A program made the position numbers and the translations under genes. A model generated the notes under the pieces. That model was not told where the DNA came from and made no database searches. It saw nothing but the letters and a program-made list of their open reading frames with translations. A stretch of 64,000 nt of DNA from contig OZ025800.1 of the NCBI GenBank assembly GCA_964019425.1, positions 744,001 through 808,000 on the forward strand, read 5' to 3'. Positions 36,257-47,955 of this stretch are shown piece by piece. The stretch is from Flectonema sp. DT1601. Lineage: Eukaryota. The stretch's first letter is position 1. Each line of letters begins with the position of its first letter.

Positions 36257-39200
36257 CTACGGGACCCTTCTTGGAATACGAGAAGAGGGTAAGCCTTGTG
36301 AATAATCGTTCGAGGTTTTCACAGGAGGAGAAGAGTGGATAAAGTTCGGTGATCCAACCGGTGAAGCGTCCTCGTGTCCGATATCAGAAATTTCATTGTG
36401 GTGTATTGGTAGTATTACTCCTTTTGTTTTAAGCATTAATAATTTATGAATTGAATTCCTCTTCAAACGATTATCACAGAGAATTGAAAGATCACTCGTA
36501 TATCCCTGAGAAGCTATTTGAAGAACACATCCGTCGACTTGACGAATCTTTTGAATTTTTTCATAAATGATCTCCTTAATAGGCTCAACAGGAGCAGGGC
36601 CAAGAGAGGTTTGAGCATGCTGTGATGAAGCAGTACGTCCACCAGCAGGACTAGGCGCACGCCTATGAGTTGACTGATGATGAATTGATGCCCCAATCGA
36701 TTGCTGCTTCATAGCATCAGCATTAAACACTAATAAACATGTTGATGTAAATCTTAAGCAAATCGGAGTTCGACTTTGTCTTGATAATTGAATACCCTTA
36801 CTTCTAAACATGGCATCATCAAGCCTGAGTCCTCCATTGAATTCATAACCGTCTATGGAGTTCAATTCCTTTGAGTCCAGCATGTCTTCTTTTGACTTCT
36901 TTATCTTACTGAGCTTTTCATTTAACCTTGCTTCCTCTTGTTTTAATTGTTGTACTCTTGTAGTCGCCTCATTCTCTTCTGACTGGAGCTCCTTTATAGC
37001 TCTGTGTTTATCCCATGCTTCCCTTTCTAAGTCAGTGAGTCTTTCGTTGTATGACTCTTGTAAGTGTTTTGCGGCATGTTTCTTATCCTGTTGTTTATTA
37101 TATTATTAAGATCGTGTGAGGATGAAAGGAATATAAAAAGCTGTTTTACATACTCCGATCTGCGCCTTTAAAATATCTAGCTGTCTGTACTTATCGTTGA
37201 CTTCAGACTGAATGACTCGATGTTGTTGTTGTACTTCTTCGGAGTTCAACTTTTCAAGCATCTCCCTCCTGATGTTATTGCAGTAATTTATTTTTGTCTT
37301 ATTTTGAATTTAAAACTGAACAGCTGCTGTAAGTCAGCAGCATTGTTGTCTTAACTTTTCTAAATTAAAGTAGTCACCATACCTTTCTTGCTCAAGAAGC
37401 GTGTCCATCTTGCGCAGCTGGCGGGTAAGATCTTGACGTTGAGTTTCACCCTGTTATTGTTTATGTTAAGTAAGTAGAGTAAAGAAATATTAATAAGATT
37501 GATTGTTCAGTTTAGTTAATTTAGTTCATGTTCACTTCACAAGATAAAATAATACCTCAGAAAGACTTTTTGTGACGTCTGCGAGCTTGCGCGTCATTTC
37601 AGCGCGATCTTCATTCTTCGCTGTGGATTCAGAGAGTTGTTCGCGGATGGTTGCATTTGATGTTTGCAGAAGTCGTAGTCGATCTTGCGTTTGCTGCAAT
37701 TGCCTGAGAGTATCCGTCCGCTCCTGTTCTGCAGAGTGCTGCATATCACGTTTAGTAAATTCGTGTTCTGCCCTTTCTGTTAGTAACTCTCTTTTGAGGC
37801 GCTCGGCTTCACTGGTTCTGACGAGCATGAGTTCATTCTTCAAGTCTTCGTTGGCGTCGGATGACATCTTCCATTCTCCGTTGATTTGTCTTTCAAAAGT
37901 AAGTTGTTTACCCTGTTCAAGTTTACCTTGTAGCTCAGTTTGTTTCTTTCGCATGCGGGTTAACTCGTTTTCTAGTAGTTTGATGCGTTCGTCTTGTCGC
38001 TTTGTATCTTCACGCTGAAGCTGAATAGTTTGTTGTTGTTGGTGGAGTGCTGAAGTAGCTGAAGCTTCTTGTAAAGCGATGTCGTCCCTGGTTTGATTCA
38101 TTGTGGCTTGAACAAGTTCTGATGCTCTTCTTTGAATAGCTCTCGATACATCAGATCCAGCAACACCTGAAGTAGGAACACCATTACTACTCTTTGGATC
38201 TTGAATCCATGAAAATGGATTTCCTTCTACTTCGATGGAAAGTTTTCTTCCAGTAGAAGCTAGCGGATTATTTAATACAAATGAAGGATGCTCTCCGAAC
38301 TGGAGCTCGCACCTCGACGGTAGTTGCACTGATCCCGATGACGGGTTCATTAGATTTCCATTTAATTTAACATCACCAAGTGGTAATAAACTTATTCTCT
38401 CACCCGCTACCTGAAATACAGCATACGGCTGAGTTGCACCATCGTCTTGTTGAGGGGAAAGGCCAGTGAGTTTCACAGAGTGGATTGAAGAGTTTTCAAA
38501 AGGAAGTGTTGAGGGGTCAGGCCAAGGGACTGCAACTTTACCAGCAGAAGCGTCATCCCAACATGAAAGTAAGTGTTGGTACTCAAAACCTTGTCCTACC
38601 TCTCTTGGGGTATTAGACTGTGACTGTGGATGACTACCTGTAGTCCTGTCAGTGCTACTTCTTCTCATCTTACCAAAAGTTGATAAAGATACTCCAAGAA
38701 CTGAACTAGATCGTAACTTTGCTGGGTGTTGTACAGCCAATGTGTTTGAGGCATTTGCTGCTGCAGGTTCTTCGTCGTCTTCGCCTTCACTCTGCTCATG
38801 CTCAATTTGAATGTAGCCGCCCTCTCTGATATTTAAAATGTCTTCTTCTGCTGTGAGTTCTGCAGCCTCCGCGTTATTAATTCTTGTATTCGCTGCATCC
38901 AGTGCACGAGAGACGCTGTCGACTAACCTTCGAGGAGTTTTGTGTCTCGCAGAATCCTTTCTTCCTCCGAGACTTGCTGATGTTGATCGACGGCGATTTG
39001 TCTTCTTGCCGGTTGTGATTTCTGCAGATCGAACTCTCTGAACCTTTCGCTGCTCTTTTTCATGGTCTTCTTCTTTGAGAAGCGTGTGAGCCAAGTCTCT
39101 TCCCCACTCGTTGGGTTTTGATCCCCGCAGATGCTCAGCTACTTCAATATCTTTGAATCCAAAAGCAAGTGTTGGCTGCATGAATGATGGAGTTCTCTTG

Positions 39201-40714
39201 ACACCAAAACCTGATGCACGTCTCTCTAGAGAGTTGTCTTGTGTAGAACTTCTTTTACGCTGTTTACCACTCGTGCTATTCGATGGAGACTTTGGTGGCG
39301 AGTAGTTGGCATCATCAGCTGCGAGTGCAGCGTACGATGAGATTGAAGTAACAAAAGTAAATCCGTCCTTCAAAAACCAAATGAAAGGTTGATTATATGC
39401 TGTCTCTGTCTGTAAGAATGCAACACTTGCCCATAATGCTGATGGAGTACCTCTGTGACAAATAGCTGCTTCACCCTGTCCTGCTGCCGCTGTAATACTT
39501 CCATATAAGGATGATCCCTGCTGGAGTTGCTTATTAAGTTCTCGTATCTGAGAGCGAAGGTCTCTTATAATTCTTCTGTTTGACGCCCGTTTGTTAACTG
39601 AAGGAACGTTCTTAATCAATTTCACCCTTTCGGCGTAGCGAAGGGTAGTAAGAGTTTCTTCGTAATTTATCAAACACGGACTTAGTGTGGCCAACATGAC
39701 TGTTCTTGAATTTCCACCTAAATTATCCTTCAGCAACCAAGTAAGCGTACTGTCTCTATAAGGGACGTAGTTTCCATCAGTCTGAACTGACGGGTCATTG
39801 ATGTCGGCAAGGCGCTTAATTACCATACCCAGAGAAGTTAAACTTTTATTGATATTAATTCCTTCCTTTAGTGTGTCTCCCTCAGTACCAGCTTTGTTGG
39901 TACGTTCACTTCCTGCTAAGTCGACGAGGTTCACGCGACTGATCCATTCGGTTGAGTCACCGGTCTTCTTATCAAACTCACTTTTTGTTATAGTTAAACA
40001 AAATACTGCATGGGATCTTGATGAACGGTCGTTCATCTTAGTACGAGAAGTATGTCTCGTTTTGTTACCTAATCTCATGAGTTCCGCAACTTGTAGATAA
40101 TGTGATACCTCAATGGCGCTTAAGTTTTCAACGTATGGTCCTGCCTTTGGATCCTCACGTGGCCTTAAGGAGTCATTAGTCGCAGGGTCTAACAGACAGT
40201 AGACTTTCTCATTATAAATTTCGTAGTAACTCATCTCTACTCTGAATGAGATCCGTTCTGCTTTTGAAACTTCCGAATTAATTTGATCAAACAACGCCTT
40301 ACACATTCTCGGTGTCAGCCCAGTACTTGCAATAAACCTCGCGTGGTCGCTGTGTGGTGAAGGGGGTCCCATCATCGTGTAAGTCTTCCCAGAAGATGTT
40401 TGTCCATAGGCGAATATGCAAGCATTGTATCCAGATAAGGCGTGTTTTAATTGTGCAGCAGCAACATCTTCATAGATTTTATTTTGAGAAGCGAAGTTCT
40501 TCTCATTGCTGTCACCAATCGACCAGTAGTTGTAATCAAAGTGAAACTTCTTCTTCGCTCCTGTCGCCGGATCGATTAGCGTCGTTGACCGTTCAGAGTA
40601 ATTCATCGCCAGAGTCAGTTGTCCGAGAGAACCACCACGATCTTCCTCCTGCGGGGTTAGTGGTCTCGCACGTACAGCCACAACGACATTTGTCGCGCCG
40701 AATGAGCTTGCCAT
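36257..40714 (-). CDS. Kinesin-3 (KIF1/Unc-104-like) motor with split FHA, coiled coil and C-terminal PH-like domain, 1390 aa, 4 exons
   Basis: P-loop FAYGQTSSGKT, switch I SSRSH, switch II LVDLAGSER, kinesin-3-type VPYRDSTLTWLLKDNLGGNSRT. Exons 40714-37556, 37450-37383, 37268-37154, 37087-36257 join in phase (4173 nt). Confidence 0.95.
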
Positions 40715-40992
40715 GTTGATGAGATGACACCCCCCGACGTGTATTACTGAGAAGAAATGATGTAAAATAAAAAATAAACTTCTCAACTAGAATGTGACCT
40801 GACGACATCATTATATTTTCACAATAGATCGCTGTTTACGAGGGAAGAAACAAAAAGCATTCGATACTTCAGAAGAGTTCGTTAAAAAGACTCATGCACA
40901 GCACGTGTAACAATTGCTTCGCTTCGTTTTGGTAAATATACGTCGATGAATATCAAAGTGTAAAGTAAGGGTAATAAATACATATTTTTTTT

Positions 40993-42162
40993 TTATAAAG
41001 AAAGAGAAGCAATCAACTGCTCTGTAAGATACTCATCGTCAATACTGAGAGGTGCTCCAGTACATCCGATAGCTTTGAGATGATTGAAATGTTTAACAGA
41101 ATCTTGAAGATCAACTGTTCCAAGCTGTCTAGGAAAATGATTAGGATCACAACCAGTGATGAGTGATGAAAGAGTACATCCCATAATAACAGATGGATGA
41201 CCAAGTGGAGGAAGAAGTGATTCAGAAGAAACCCATCTCTTTGGAGCATATAATATCTCTGTCTTCACTGATGATAGTCTAATTGGACCAGCTTCTGTAG
41301 CGACTACATCGTGTTGATTCTTCATTCGATTCCACATGTCATTTGTGTTAAAGATATGTGGGGCTGAGTCATCTATTACAATAGTTCCTTTTTGAAGTTT
41401 CTCAACGCTCAAAATACCTCCAATATTCGTAGCCCCTACGATGATGCTGCTTCTGTACACCTCACTGTTAACAGAAGCACCCGCAGTACTACAAGCAATT
41501 GTAACTTTGCCGTTATAACCTAAAACCGTTGTTATTTCTTCTTTAAGACTTTGAAGATCATGCTCACGTTGAGTAACATCACATAAAATAATTTCTTTTG
41601 AATGCGGCAATACGGTTACGACAAGTCGAAGAGCTGCAGCACCAATTGAACCCAAACCAATGAACGATAAGACTTCGGTTGATATGGCTCTTGAGAATAA
41701 TTCTACAGAATAAAGAATATTAATTGCAATACATGCCGTGGTTGTTGCATGACCAGTAGTGATAATCGGAGGTGATTGGTTCAATAGATCTGCTCCATGA
41801 GACGTTGCTGACGGGATCAAACCTGTCAAAGAGATACATTTAATTGAAAGACTATGAGCAAGTCGCATGGCATCGTCGATTAATTTTGTTATGTTGCAGC
41901 CTTCGTCGAATATCTCACTTTCGAATCTTGGTAGAATTAAAGTTGCTATCTTTCCGATTCCTTCAATTTCTGTTACACTCCCAACGAATACGGATTCCTC
42001 AAGGTACTTCTTCTTAACTATCTGTCTACCTTCTTCACTGTCAACCATTGAGTCATTTAGGTACCCCAATGCTCCTCCCACAACACCTGTAATCTCACCT
42101 ACAAGTATTTGATACACTAGACTCGTATCAGTTTGTGTTCTGTATCCTACTCCCTTCGTCAT
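40993..42162 (-). CDS. Acyl-ACP-reductase-like NAD(P)-dependent oxidoreductase (COG5322-type), 389 aa, intronless
   Basis: ISLTGLIPS, ITTGHATT, Rossmann FIGLGSIG, IIVGATN, GTIVIDDSAPH and late MGCTLSSL occur in the order seen in the cyanobacterial AAR family and related bacterial NRPS/PKS-associated reductase domains (recognised by eye). Confidence 0.8.
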   Translation of the reverse strand: MTKGVGYRTQTDTSLVYQILVGEITGVVGGALGYLNDSMVDSEEGRQIVKKKYLEESVFVGSVTEIEGIGKIATLILPRFESEIFDEGCNITKLIDDAMRLAHSLSIKCISLTGLIPSATSHGADLLNQSPPIITTGHATTTACIAINILYSVELFSRAISTEVLSFIGLGSIGAAALRLVVTVLPHSKEIILCDVTQREHDLQSLKEEITTVLGYNGKVTIACSTAGASVNSEVYRSSIIVGATNIGGILSVEKLQKGTIVIDDSAPHIFNTNDMWNRMKNQHDVVATEAGPIRLSSVKTEILYAPKRWVSSESLLPPLGHPSVIMGCTLSSLITGCDPNHFPRQLGTVDLQDSVKHFNHLKAIGCTGAPLSIDDEYLTEQLIASLSL

Positions 42163-43421
42163 TTTCTTATAGAGATGAGTTCTCTGTTAATATAAGTTGA
42201 GAAAGTCAAAACCTCTGCAGAAGCTCACATTATTCAGAACTACAACCGCGAGACTCTCACAGGCTATAAAGTTAACTATCCTCATTGCCTTTACCTGTTT
42301 CATATTTTAGAAATCTCTTGTAATAGTTCTGAAAGTGTAGTGAAGTTAGTACCAGCAGTAGCCATGCATGTCACTAAAAGAGAGCAAAATAGGTATGAAA
42401 AAAAGTGTGGGGAGAGTGAAAAGGAAAAAAAAAAACGGTGGGAGAAAATAGAACAACAAGAATCCTACCAAAATAGGGGATTTGTTGGAGTCTTTAAGTG
42501 TACTAACTACAGTGGAAACAACGATCAATTTAATATTTGGAATGAATAAGTTTTTTTTTTTTTTTTTTTTTTTTTCCTTTTGTAACTAATTTTTAAAATG
42601 AAGAAAACGCAATAGCTGTAAGAACAAATGTTGTCTTACATGGGACACTCGAAAAAAAAAGGTTATTGAAAACGATATTATGAAGCGACCTGCTGTTTTT
42701 CTAATTAGTTGGCTAATAAAGTCCCAAACTAGTGGTAACCTACACCAATAGAAGATTCAATCACGGGGATTATTTTATAACTTCAGACTCATTATCCCAG
42801 CTGTCCACCTTTGTCAGCGTCTGAACTAAGGTTGAAAAAACAACAACAAAAGAAAATGTGTTGACTATTTGTAACCGTTCGAGTATAATTATAGCAATAT
42901 AAATATATGTATCAAAAAGTTAACTAATATGAACATTAAAACTGTTGACTAAAGGTAATGTTAGTATAGGTAAACACACTTAAATATCCAATGTGTCTAA
43001 CTTATCCATATGATTGTCTTTTTTTTTCCATGTTGTCATTCAGTGCAGCACGGAATTCTTCAAATAGACTAGATGATATGGGGAGGGGGGAGGGGGGGAG
43101 AGCAGGGAGTAACAAATAAAATATCAATTCTATTTGTTTAAAAAATTTTCTTCATATGAAATAATCAAAGAAAAACCACAAAGATTGGGCAACACGAATA
43201 ATAAAACTGGTTTGTAAGAAGCAGAATCAACAGGGTGTTGATGAGTTAGAATATGACTTTATTAGCCTCTTGATGTTAAGATTACAAGTTGACACGCGAC
43301 ATGTTTCTTGACACAGAAAGCTTTTGAGTCCACGAGGTCGATGACCCTTCGTAGATTCCTCAGCCGAAACTATGAAAGAGCCACACGTGTTGTGGTGCTG
43401 ACTAACCAGTCCATATATGTA

Positions 43422-43592
43422 GGGGGTTACTTGATACTAATATTAAATGGAAAGCAACTTGAAACTGGCAAAAACTAGAATAGGGTTCGGCCAAACCTGG
43501 TTGCAATATAAGAAATCAACAGTTGGTATGGATAAAAATGCCATATGTGCTGTCGAATATAGGGATTCGGGGGCCACGTACTACAGGTTGAG
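43422..43592 (+). repeat. Dispersed repeat family 1, copy C
   Basis: About 12 differences from copy A over about 172 bp by manual alignment. Confidence 0.95.
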
Positions 43593-44069
43593 TTGGGGGG
43601 GTAAAGTATCTACTTATTCTTTTTTTGGGGGTAGAACAGGGTCTTCAGGCTATTTTCTGAGTATATTTAAGAAAAATTAAATATCTGGATTGCATCAGAG
43701 CTAACTAAACGCTAGTTATGATACAGGTGACTAAAGGTAATGTTAGTATAAACAAACCGAAGAGAGGAGTAGGGAGAAAAGAATTTCAAGTGTAATCAAG
43801 GGCAACTAAATAACAATAATTCATTAAAAGATACTGTCAAAGAAACAAAGGATTAAAAAGAAAATGAGCATGGTCACAAAAAGTGTTAAAAATAAACACA
43901 GAATCGCACAGCAGAGAAAACACGAAACCTGAAGCAACGCTTCTACCCTCTTGACAAGATTCCGCATTGCAAATGAAAAAGACAAATCAAATATAAAACG
44001 TACTTGACGGAAAGATCTTTCTCGCAAAGAAAGAATCCCCTCAGTAGCTTGGCCTTTTTCAAAGAAAGT

Positions 44070-44817
44070 TAGTATTAATAATTATCAGTCAATCAAAGAA
44101 AATCAAATGCAAAAATTCGTAGGACAACGAACAAATAATGGTTGGTTTCGGGCTAAAATTGGAAAATCTTTCCTCGGACCATCCATCCCCCTTACCCAGT
44201 ATTCAAAGAAGGTAAGTTAATATTAGTATCAGCTGCGGGAGAAGTAATCGACTCCCAGCTCCCACGTTGCCCAGAGGAAAATAAGTAAAGAAAATACAAG
44301 GGAGTGGGGGGGTGGTGAAACTTTGACCAAATGTAAAAACAGTAACAACTTTAGGTATTAATATAGTATTAATAATTATCAGTCAATCAAAAAAAAAAAA
44401 AGGCAAAATTTCGTAGGACAACAAACAAGTTGGTTTTCGGGCTAAGATTAAAAACAATCTTATTAATTAATTAACTAACTATGTCGTATTAATATAGCTA
44501 TAATATGAGTTTATTATAAAAAAGTGCACTAAATTAAAATATAAAAAAAAAAAAGAAAAATGTGTTCCATAATACACTTGTAGTTTCAGGAGCCTTAATC
44601 TTATAATACTTGTCCTTCTTAGGCCTTCATCATATAGTTAGTATTAATGAATATCTATTAGTCAAAAGAAGGGGAGAGGGCGGGAAAATGCAATCGAATG
44701 CAAAAGTTCTTAGGACAACAAACAAATAAATGGTAACTATATTGTATTAATATTGTTAGTATTAATAATTATCAGTTAATCAAAAAAAAGTAAAATTTCG
44801 TAGGACAACAAAGTTGG
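44070..44817 (+). repeat. Cluster of repeat family 2: four progressively degenerate module-1 copies and one module-2 copy
   Basis: Module 1 at 44070-44197, 44364-44461, 44639-44733 and 44757-44817 (all share AGTATTAAT...TAGGACAAC). Module 2 at 44497-44586. Confidence 0.88.
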
Positions 44818-46091
44818 AATAGTCAGTTAGTTAGTATCATTAATTAGTTAGTGAGTAATATAAAACTAATATCAAGTACCCGACTGGAAGAAATATTCGT
44901 AGTTGTTAATCAAAGAAAAATTACGACAAAGGTGGAAAAAAAAATAAAAAAAAATCTTTTTTTCTTCCATACTGTACTATACAGCATCTTTTTTTATAAT
45001 ACGACTATATGTGCCATATGCCCATGTACCACGAAAGAAAATAGAAACCCCTGGAACAGTACCGAGGACCGTTCACCCCCCCCAGATGTCCAAAGCATTA
45101 TTGTACTGTGAGCCTACCGAAAAGGTTTAGAAGAGTACTACAAAAAATGGGCAGCACATAGCCGTATCACTCAGCAAGAAATGAAAACAAAAGGATCAGG
45201 TAAGATGACAGTCAGTTTAAGGTCATAACTGCGCCGGACAAAGAAAGGAAGGAAAGGAACGGAAGAGGGGGTGAAAATATAAGGAACAAAATTGTGTAAA
45301 TTAATATCAGAAAACTATTTCTTGTAAATGTAAAAGAAAAAAGAGAAAATAATAATTGGTTTTTATCGTGAATTTTACGTATAAAACTACTGGTAATTTA
45401 TTTATCGAGTCAAGGAAGCCAGAGACATCTGGAGAAGGCTCACACACCGTGACGAGAAGAGTCACAATTTGACCAGAAGTAAATGACTTCCCAGACCCAC
45501 CGCATGCACGAAGCAGGCAGTGTAAGAGAAGGCCAACGCCAATTTTTCGCCAATAAAATAAACTAATGGTTTCCGTAATGGACACACACGTCAACTTCCG
45601 TCGTTTTTTTTCTTTTTCCTACTCAACATCTTCGTTGTCGAGGGGGAAAAAAAAAAAGTGAAATCAGGCTGCTTCTTTGAAGAAAACAGTACCAAGAGGC
45701 CTGGCAGCTACATCAGTTTTTTTTTTTTTTTCTTTTTTTTTTTTTTTTTGTTATTTTCGACAATCAGTCGAAATTTGATGGGAGAGAGTGGGTTGCATTC
45801 GCAGATTATCTACTGCATTTAACATGCAAGCGAGAAAATAACAATCAGCGTGCAGTACCCGGTGTTTGACATAAAAAATGGAATAAACAGCACGAGACTA
45901 ACAACAACAATAAAAAAATACAATAAAAAAATAAAAAAAACAAATAACTATTGATTTTCACGCGTGGGTGGATTTTTTCCGAGTGAGGTAAAGAAACGGT
46001 AACCCACCCACAAGTTAAAATCTGCATCTGATTTTGCATCAGATAACCTTCATTTATTTTACTATAGGAGGCTTCGAAGGGAAAATTTACC

Positions 46092-46133
46092 GATAGGATT
46101 GTCCTTTCAAAAAGATGAAAGGACAATCCTATC
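46092..46133. other. Perfect 18-bp inverted repeat with 6-nt loop
   Basis: GATAGGATTGTCCTTTCA-aaaaga-TGAAAGGACAATCCTATC. Confidence 0.85.
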
Positions 46134-47106
46134 AGAAATCCCTCAAAAAAAAAAAAAAAAATTCACTGGGTGTGAAATAATGATCACAATATTTCACGCT
46201 TGCAACTTCCCCTAACCAAAATACGTGCAATTAAATTCGGTTAAAAAGAAATTCGCTCAGCCAGGAGTGAATACTTGCACTTTCTGATTTTCACTGCAAT
46301 TTTCCCTAAGAAGCCAGATAGAGTAAAATAAATGACTACAACACAACCACTTCCTCAGATGACTGAGGTCATGGGGTCGCACATAACTGTGAGGTAGAGA
46401 GTTCTCTACAATCAGTACGCAGAAAAAAAAACATGCGTGAAATAAACTGAAAAAAAAATATTTCGCTAATGACAATCGGCGGTGATACAATATGGAGCAC
46501 AATAAAAGAATTGCGTGAACATGGATGCCGGTGGTGGGCGGTGATGAGGTAATTTGCTACCTCGAAGTAGGGACAGAGAAGAGACATTCACTCGCTAAAT
46601 ATGTTGTATGTCTGAGTGGAGTAACAGCAGAGAAATTATGCGCAAAATCTTGACGAATGCCAAGAAAGGAATGTGGTTGGAGGCGATGAATTGACTTAGC
46701 ATGTAGTAGGAAATATTTCATATGACCACAGAGGAAGATAGAAGATCATTCATCCGTACCACTAGTACTTTGGGAATGGCATGCGCACTGCACTACTTTA
46801 CAACAACCCACGTACCATAACAGGGAAGTGAATTATGCACAAATCGTATTACCAATAGGGGTGCACCTACGGTCACATCTGCTTTTAGCATGAAAAAAAA
46901 AAAAGAAAAGAAAAGAAATCACTGCGGAATGTTACAGAGTGTCCGTAGAGTGCTTGCGTTATGTGGGTGGGGAGTTATGCGCAATTTGTTAAAAAGATTG
47001 GAAACACTTCTTTTTTTTTTTTTTTTTTTTGTTAGTTTCCTTATTCCTTTGTAAACCGCAACTATTTTGAGTGGTAGGGGCTGGAGTTTGAGTATAATAA
47101 AAAATA

Positions 47107-47346
47107 CTAATGAGATTCAGCATTGCTGATTAAAGCCAGCTGCAGGCATCTGTATGTCGCTGTTGGCTCCGAAGACTCTTGTGCTGCCATCATGAGGAGG
47201 TCGAGTGGGTTGACTTGCCTTGCTCGTCTTATGGAACTGCGTAATCCGCCCTGCACTACAAAATTATCTAAAGCTTCATCTCTAGGAGTGTCAATGCTCA
47301 GGGGACTAGCAGACGTCGACTCAGAAGTCGCATCAGAACTGGACAT
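47107..47346 (-). CDS. Small hypothetical protein, 79 aa
   Basis: GC-richer, homopolymer-free island on the coding strand. The ATG follows a ttttttccttttcAG acceptor (47363-47364). Sequence MSSSDATSES...VNPLDLLMMAAQE. Confidence 0.55.
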   Translation of the reverse strand: MSSSDATSESTSASPLSIDTPRDEALDNFVVQGGLRSSIRRARQVNPLDLLMMAAQESSEPTATYRCLQLALISNAESH

Positions 47347-47727
47347 TCTGTTTGAGGATAGACTGAAAAGGAAAAAAAATATATATATTGACTTCGTAAT
47401 ATTAATTAACCCATCACAATACCAGTTGTGTTGATTTTTTTTTTTTTTTTTTTTTTTTTTTGACATGCAAAAATAAATTCACTAATGCATCTGAATGAGA
47501 TAATGCATGCATTCCGTGATTGTTTTTTTTACATGTTTTTTTTTCAGGTTCAAAAAAAAAAAGAAAAAGACAAGAAGGACGAACACTTCCGCTCGTTTGC
47601 TTCAGCACAGAGTTAAAATAATAATTAATTGATTTTTTTTAACTTTTAGCACATATGAACTGCTTCGCTGTGGAAGAGTGCACACCACCTGCAACAAATA
47701 CAAATCTAGCTCAGTTCCAAAAGTTTA

Positions 47728-47759
<32 letters not shown>

Positions 47760-47955
47760 CATCTATACATTTGCGGACAAAACATTCGGGAGAAATCGAC
47801 TCCCTTACAAGAAAATGCTTAAAAGCAAAAACTCTAATCAGATTATGATGGCGGCATCTGTAGTTGAGTACTACCGATAACAGGTTTGTGGCTAACCACC
47901 TTCTCAGTCCATAAAACCAACTAGTGATGAATCATTCTGTAATTGTGATTCCTTA

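Noticed and set aside
44070..44817. Spaced repeats superficially like a CRISPR array
   Set aside because: Units are long, degenerate and irregularly spaced, the context is eukaryotic, and there are no cas genes.
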